This document shows positions 57,032 through 64,000 of a DNA stretch of 64,000 bases, piece by piece. Position 1 is the first letter of the stretch. Every line of letters begins with the position of its first letter. Source of the stretch: Tubulanus polymorphus (lineage: Eukaryota > Animalia > Nemertea); contig NC_134025.1 in NCBI RefSeq assembly GCF_964204645.1, positions 13,764,001-13,828,000 of the forward strand, read 5' to 3'. Position numbers and translations under genes: made by a program. The notes below the pieces were generated by a model, which worked only from the letters and a program-made list of their open reading frames with translations, searched no databases and was not told the DNA's origin.

Positions 57032-57715
57032 TACGGAAGCGATAAGTACGGAAGCGATAAAGGGCCTCGAGATGTCGCGTTCCAACTCGACAAGTCGCCA
57101 TATTTATGTCGACATACCGCGATATATCGCGTCAAGTCAACATGAATATGTCGATATATCGTGACGTTTTGACGACATATTTCGTTTTCACGACCACTTT
57201 CCTCGCGACAAGTCGACATATTCATGACGACTTACAACTCAGTCGCCATATCACTGGTGTCCTCATCTTACATTTAGACATGTCTTCAAATGACGGCTTG
57301 TCCCGTGGAAGATGGGCAAAAAAGCGAAATTTGTCGTGAAAACGTCACGATATGTCGACATAATGTCGACTTGACGCGATATATTGCGATATGTCGACAT
57401 AAATATGGCGACTTGTCGAGATTGAACGCGACAACTCGAGGCCCTTATCTACGGAAGCGATAAAGGGCCTCGAGGGCCCCTTATCGCTTCCGTAGATATG
57501 ACGACTGAGTTTCAAGTCGTCATGAATATGTCGACTTGTCGCTAGGAAAATGGTCGTCAAAACGAAATATGTCGTCAAAACGTCACGATATGTCGACATA
57601 TTCATGTCGACTTGACGCGATATATCGCAATATATCGACATAAATATGATGACTTGTCGAGTTGGAACGCGACATCTCGAGGCCCCTTATCGCTTCCGTA
57701 CTTATCGCTTCCGTA
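57032..57715. mobile_element. Rearranged, self-nested copy of the same MITE family
   Basis: Doubled TIR tips at both ends; 45-bp TIR-only mini-unit at about 57450-57494; inverted partial copy. Confidence 0.8.
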
Positions 57716-59456
57716 CGGACGAGTAAAGCTCTGAAACTGTTGAGTGTTCCACATCCCCCCTATTACTTTTTTGCCATGAAGTTAACAAAAATAGCGGATC
57801 TGGCAGTCTGATTTCAAATTGTATTAATATTGATTTAACAAATAGGATACGAAATCCATTTAGTTCGATAATTTTCCATGAGGCTTGGTGCCTTCTTAAA
57901 TGATTTCGTCTTGGAGTAGGGGTAGGCTACTGTAAATTAATAACATGATTTGAAAGTTTAACAATATGTTTCCATGCCTACGTACCAAACTTCAGTTGGT
58001 AGGCATGGAAACATAATTGTTAAACTTTCGAATCATGGAGTCTATTTTCTCTTCATTCAACCCCTTTCAATGCAGACTTTTTGGATATCCTTCAATACAG
58101 TTTCAAATGGATTAAAAAACGATGTTTAAGGTCGACTGCCAGTCCTTTCTGGTCCTACTAAGACCTTTCAGGTATGTACTAGCCTACCATAAATGAGCGA
58201 GCTAGGCCACCTGGAATGCTCTCAAGTCAGGTTGAAATAGACATTAAAATTCAATTCAAGTCCCTTAACTAGGTTATTTCTGTTCAAATGAGAACACATT
58301 ATTCGTATTTCTTTCAATTGACACAATATTTCCTTGGCCGGCTCGCTGGTGATCAGACTTCGAATTTTCTTTCAACTTTGAGCAACTGATGTAGGCCTAT
58401 TATGTAAATCGTTTTTATATTTTCCAGTTGCTGTTTGTTTATATATTTTTTGCTATGTTTTTAGTCCTTATGAATCCGTAAATAAATTATTTATCTGACT
58501 TGATAAGATAAATTTTATTACTGTCCTTAATTCCTAGAGGTTCGATCAGCCGTGGTAGTTATGGTCCTATTCTAATCTCCACAGCCAGAACCAAAAATCT
58601 ACTTCTGGGGTTTAACAACGGCAATTACGTAAGAGCGGCAATTACAGTTGGAAGCTAAGATTGTAAACCTACAAGGTATAAATTGCGCCCGAAGCATAAT
58701 ATGGGATTCGAACCTACTCTCTATGGCATTAGCTTGTCACAAGATTCCGTTCACAGGCAAACATCAACCGAATTGCCTTTATGACGTCATAACCGAAGAA
58801 CATCCATGCGAAGCTAGCTACGCGAAAGACGATTCATCATAGATTTCAGTCAAGAAGCTGCATTCGCTCAATTTTATGTTGTAACAACGGCGCAGGTTAC
58901 ATATAAAAAATTGATGTTTTTCGTAGAGTTCGATCAGTCGCTGTGAATCTCTGTGTGTAATGCAAGTAGGATCTATATTCATCAGGCTGGCGTATGAGTA
59001 TAGTGATTCGCCCTTTAGACGCGATATAAAAGCGATCTCGCTGCGTAGGCTTTATGCTACGATCGGGTGAGGCGGGCATCATCAGTAAACGTTTGTGGTG
59101 AGGTATGGGCGTACGTAAGTAGCAAATTTTACGTGATTAATCATTATGTATACGGGAATTTGGTATGACATTTAGTTGGGTATTCAAGATCATCTGTAGC
59201 CAACTTTTCAAAAGAAATCAAATTCGTGAATTCAATTTTAAGCAATCAATAAATAAAACCGAAATGATTTAAATGAGGCGAAGAAGGTGGTTTACTGGCA
59301 CTGCTGACTGAATGCTGAGCTTGGAGATTTAGAAATGATGGTAAAATGTGAACGATGTAGCGAAAATGAACAGCGATTATGTCTTTTCGATATCAGTCGT
59401 TAGTTTGAAAATATGTTCAGTTTTGTGCAGTTTTGAAACTGGGAAGATTAAGAAAG

Positions 59457-59895
59457 CGGTCATCCTTATTACCGAGATGATGTATTTTACCGAGATGAAC
59501 CGAGATCAACCGAGATGAAATTAAATATAACATATTTATTTATTCCATATCGATTTTAACCATTGAAATCATATCATATCAGTAATAAATGCCTGCTGGG
59601 TTCATATTTTAAATATTTTGTCGGATATTTTTGGAAAAATAACTTTTAACTTTACCGAGATGAGATCGTCGATCAATCAAATTCAATAAAATTTTATTGC
59701 TAACCGAGTTTACGTTTTTGAAGTCAAAATTTTTTTAAATAAAAAAAATGTAAAATATGACTCTAGGAGGTATTTATTATTGATATAACATGATTTCAAG
59801 TGTTAAAATCGATAAGGAATAAATAAATATGTTATATTTAATTTGATCTCGGTTCATCTCGGTAAAATACATCATCTCGGTAATAAGGATGACCC
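59457..59895. mobile_element. Fold-back MITE with 8-bp TSD (Merlin- or MULE-like)
   Basis: Long TIRs GGTCATCCTTATTACCGAGATGATG; TSD TAAGAAAG. Confidence 0.85.
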
Positions 59896-60998
59896 TAAGA
59901 AAGAAACAAAAAACGAACAAAAAAATGTTTTATTTGAAATCAATTGTGATAAGGTCGAAGCTTCGATTTAGAAAGATTAGTGTTGTACCTAAACATCTTA
60001 GGAAGTAGTGTACTTCACACTCCCAGGTACTTTCCATAGAAATCAGGTTGTTGCTGTTTGTTTTGGTTGTCTTTTGATTTGAGAAATATTTCATCATCGG
60101 TTGTTTTTATTGAAAGTCGCATCATATTGATTTTCTGCATTCCATGTTGTTCTTTCAATTCCAAAGTGAAAGGTTGCTTGAAATTTTATTGTGTAGCCTG
60201 ATATGTTGATACCTTTAAAATTGTTGAGTTTGTTGATTTTGATGAATGTTCCGTTAATTATCGTTTTTGAGGATGTCTTTTGTTTGCGACTCTTTCAGAT
60301 GGCTGGTTATAAAGATGAGTTTTCTGTGGGTTTGTTTCATGATGTCGGCAGAGGCGATCCGGGAATAGTTCAATACTTTGTAAATGGAGCATAAATTTCT
60401 TGCGGTATTGTCTATTGAACTGTGAGGTCATAGGAAGCGTTTAAAACAAATTGCTTGGTTCGTCGCTTAGTTTACTGGAAAAAATGCGGATAATTACACT
60501 TGACAGCAGTGATAGGAGGAACATTCTTTAATTCGGTTGTAGGGTTTTATCTCTTGGGTTTTCTCAGTGGTAGATGAATTCTCCTGAATTGATGAACTCA
60601 TAATTTTTCTGATATTATTTCTACTTATGATGGAGATTCAATTAGCCTAAATGGATTTAAGTGAATAAAGTGTGTCGAAAATTTTTGAGCGAATTATATA
60701 AGTCCTTTAATTGTACTCTATTTAGGATGATTTTTACGTACGTCTTCCCTGTTGGTTGACCTGAACGCTCTTTCGCGAAGATTGACAGTGCTTTGAAGGT
60801 ATAGGAAAGGTGTTGAAATCTTTGGCTTTGAGAGAAACATTTATGTACTGTGATGTAATGCATTTTGTTACAGAATTATGAAAATATGTTCCATTTTGGT
60901 ACTCCAAAAACACAAGAATCGCATTGTTCTTCCCATTCATGAAGTTCCTATTCTCCGGCAATACTGCAGTGATTGATCAAAGAGAGGAAAATTGACAA

Positions 60999-61003
<5 letters not shown>

Positions 61004-61034
<31 letters not shown>
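61004..61034. repeat. (AT)n microsatellite
   Basis: About 15 units. Confidence 0.95.
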
Positions 61035-61036
<2 letters not shown>

Positions 61037-62451
61037 TTTATTAATCCTTTTTTAAGTATCGTGCTGTTCATTATGCCTATAATAATCCACCAAGCATAAT
61101 GCCGAAACACGGGAAGATCGTTATAGGTATCCTAAAGTTTTGAATGTGATTGCTTTTTAGTTGCAATTCAAGCCCAGATTGTCATGACTAAATGATGATT
61201 ATGATTGCTTTAGACTTGTGAGACCGAGAGGCGTGGTCAGTATAATGGAATTCTGTAATTTTTCTGGCTTATTTCCCAATATTTTTTAAAGCTTGTTTGG
61301 ATCAGTGATTATTACTGCTTTAACTGCTGTGCCTGTCTTTGTTGTATCAAACGTAATGGGCGTGATCGTATTGCTTTTTGCCAAGTTGCGGGCTGTTCAT
61401 ATAATTGCAGGGTATATTTCATGGTCGCTATGTTTTGGTCAAGCACGGCCAAGTCCAGAATTCTGTAGACTGGTTACGACTGCCTAATTAGACCCCTGGT
61501 TCTGACTGCTAGACTTGAAGCTTTGCAAGGAGTCAAGTTAAGTCATTATTGACTGGTAAATTAGAGATATTTTCGAAATCAAGACTGTGCCTGGTGCGTA
61601 AAAACTTTCCATTTCCAGGTGCTCCTTTACTTGCATCATCTTTTTGAAGTATAAATGGATGCGTGAAGTGAGTATGGTTGCTGTGATTGACAGCAATTGT
61701 ACTCATTCACAGTGAATGCAATTGCATACTGGCATTGTATGTAAGTGAGGGGTGGTGTAGAAATCGCTACTTGAAAGTATGTAACAGTTAAGACCACTTG
61801 TTGGACTAGAGGGACTGGAAATTGCAAGTAGGCCTACTTGTATGTGGCCCATAACTACCGAGTAGTATCATCTGTGACAAGAGGCCGGTGAGGGAACATT
61901 TTAGATATTTTTGAAGTGATTACCTATTTTTGCTTGCTGGACCAATGGATGGACCATCCAATACAGGAATTTGTCGAAAGTTGAATAAGAGTATCGACAG
62001 TGAAATTATCATGAGCCAGGTCCAATCTGTGGCTTGCGAGATGGCGAATGTCAGATTGGTTTAGGCTTATGCAGCATTTAAGGATGATTTAGACACGAAG
62101 AAATGGTAACATCAGGATTTATCAGATTATTTGATAATAATTTGTATGCGAAACAATTTATGCAGGATTCTCTTGTTGTAAATATCTTACAGGATCCAAG
62201 CATATACCACTGATGGGCCTTCGAATTGAATGGAAACTCGGTCTTAGATAACTCGAGGAATAAACTACTTATGACTAAATGAAATAATGAAATAATACTT
62301 CACTTGTGAACGCCTATAGAGTTCTATGTCGAACGTATGTTACTGTCAATGGTTTTCACCGTTGAATTTGTTTCCGATTGTCAGTGAGTGGGGCATCGAG
62401 GTATTTGAAGGGACGATGCATGTAAATGCTGTTATAATGCATTTTAGTTAG

Positions 62452-64000
62452 TGAATGGTAAATATGAGAGAGGAATCGGATGTTGTTGTTGTTGTTGAGG
62501 TATTTGAAAGGACTATGCATGTAAATGTTGTTATAATGCATTTGACCGGAGGGTTAAGGGGTGGTTTAATTCTTGCTTAGTTTTTACAGGTGTACATATT
62601 TTTCCAAGGTCTTATCTTTCTTTCGTCGTCGTATCTATGAAGGTCTCTATTGCGCAGCGCCGGTTATCTTGGTCATGTGACTTCATCACAGCGTACGCGT
62701 AGTTTTTTTGTGGTGCATGAAAAAAAAAGACATTCATCTGATAGAAAGTGCAAATCCTTGCGAATTGAAGTTCGATGTATCGTTCGTAACTCCTCCGCTG
62801 GTTCAAAAAATAAAAGCGAAAAAGAAAGAAAAACAGGCGACAGTGTCAAGGAATATTAATGCCCATTCCCTAAAAGAAATGTACTTCAACCAGTAGTTTT
62901 TCGCAACTTGGTAATATGAAGGGAAACTCGGTCTGAGAACTCGACGAATTGAGGGACCTCTATGAGTTAATGAAATAATGCTTCTCTAATGAACGCGTAT
63001 AGATTACAATGTCGAACGTATGTTACCGTCTCGGTGGTTTTCTTCACAGGTGAATTTGTTTCCGACCTTCAGCGGGTGGGGTGATTTCTTAAAATTAGTT
63101 TTTCAGATGTTCGCCCAGGACAACTATCATGCGACGGGCTTGGCTGGTCGAAAGAAGAGTCTGAATGATTGTGAAATTGTTGAAACTGTAAAGTAGCAAG
63201 TGCCGCAAGATTGTTGAGATTTATAATTTTAATTTGGTTCGGTGGGGCTATTAATGTTGAGTTTTTCAGGTCGTCAGATCGAATGACTTTTGTCATTTTT
63301 CGTATACTTATGTTCTCATTCACGCGGTGCGACTGTAAATTTGGAAAAAAGAAAAATATACGTAGATTTCTACGATGAGAGACGGTAATTTCTTGTGTCG
63401 ATCAATTTTTAATTTCGGGCAATCGGGGAGAATTTCTTTCCTTTGATATTCTAGGCTGTTATACTCGAAAAAAATGGATGAATCATCCAATGCAGATTCT
63501 TTTCTGTGGCTCGGCTATTTTCGACAAAGTAACAACTAATATGGTTGGTGTGTTTTCTTTGTTAAGGCATTGGGAGGGTTTGTTATAAACATGCTTCTTC
63601 TTTTATCCTAAGTACATGTATATAGTTCATCGGATCTTGTATTTGTAATCGAGTGAAAAGATTTACTTTGATTGAGAATTAGTTCATGAATGGTAAATTT
63701 GAGAGAGGAATCGGATGTTGTTGTTGTTGAGGTATTTGAAAGGACTATGCATGTAAATATTGTTATAATGCATTTGACCGGAGGGTTAAGGGGTGGTTTA
63801 ATTCTTGCTTAGTTTTTACAGGTGTACATATTTTTCCAAGGTCTTATCTTTCTTTCGTCGTCGTATCTATGAAGGTCTCTATTGCGCAGCGCTGGTTATC
63901 TTGGTCATGTGACTTCATCACAGCGTACACGTAGTTTTTTTGTGGTGCATGAAAAAAAAAGACATTCATCTGATAGAAAGTGCAAATCCTTGCGAATTGA
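62452..64000. repeat. Near-identical direct repeat (62452-62769 vs 63687-64000), running off the window
   Basis: At least 310 bp with only a few differences; spacing about 1235 bp. Confidence 0.9.

Noticed and set aside
55829-57641. ORFs such as MSTYRDISRQVDMNM..
   Set aside because: They come from palindromic MITE sequence read on both strands

Overview
AT-rich eukaryotic DNA, most likely from an invertebrate bilaterian, dominated by one intron-rich minus-strand gene. I reconstructed it by hand as a 13-exon, 461-aa PLEKHD1 homolog (N-terminal PH domain plus long coiled coil; ATG 51266 to stop 5603; GT-AG junctions, phases consistent). Introns and flanks are packed with transposons: at least five Helentron/HINE-like families, a young gag-only LTR element nested in a HINE, a FLYWCH-MULE with a broken transposase, Penelope-like RT and hammerhead remnants, and several MITEs. 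The main HINE family carries a 154-bp tandem array whose units contain CTCF-like motifs. The most unusual part is an extremely AT-rich, virus-like island at about 51.95-55.0 kb, just upstream of the gene: a minimal hammerhead, a 293-bp hairpin, three compact co-oriented ORFs with zinc-finger or membrane features, a 24-bp tandem array and a closing hairpin. Most other ORF-track entries are spurious. All family assignments come from motif recognition, not database searches.
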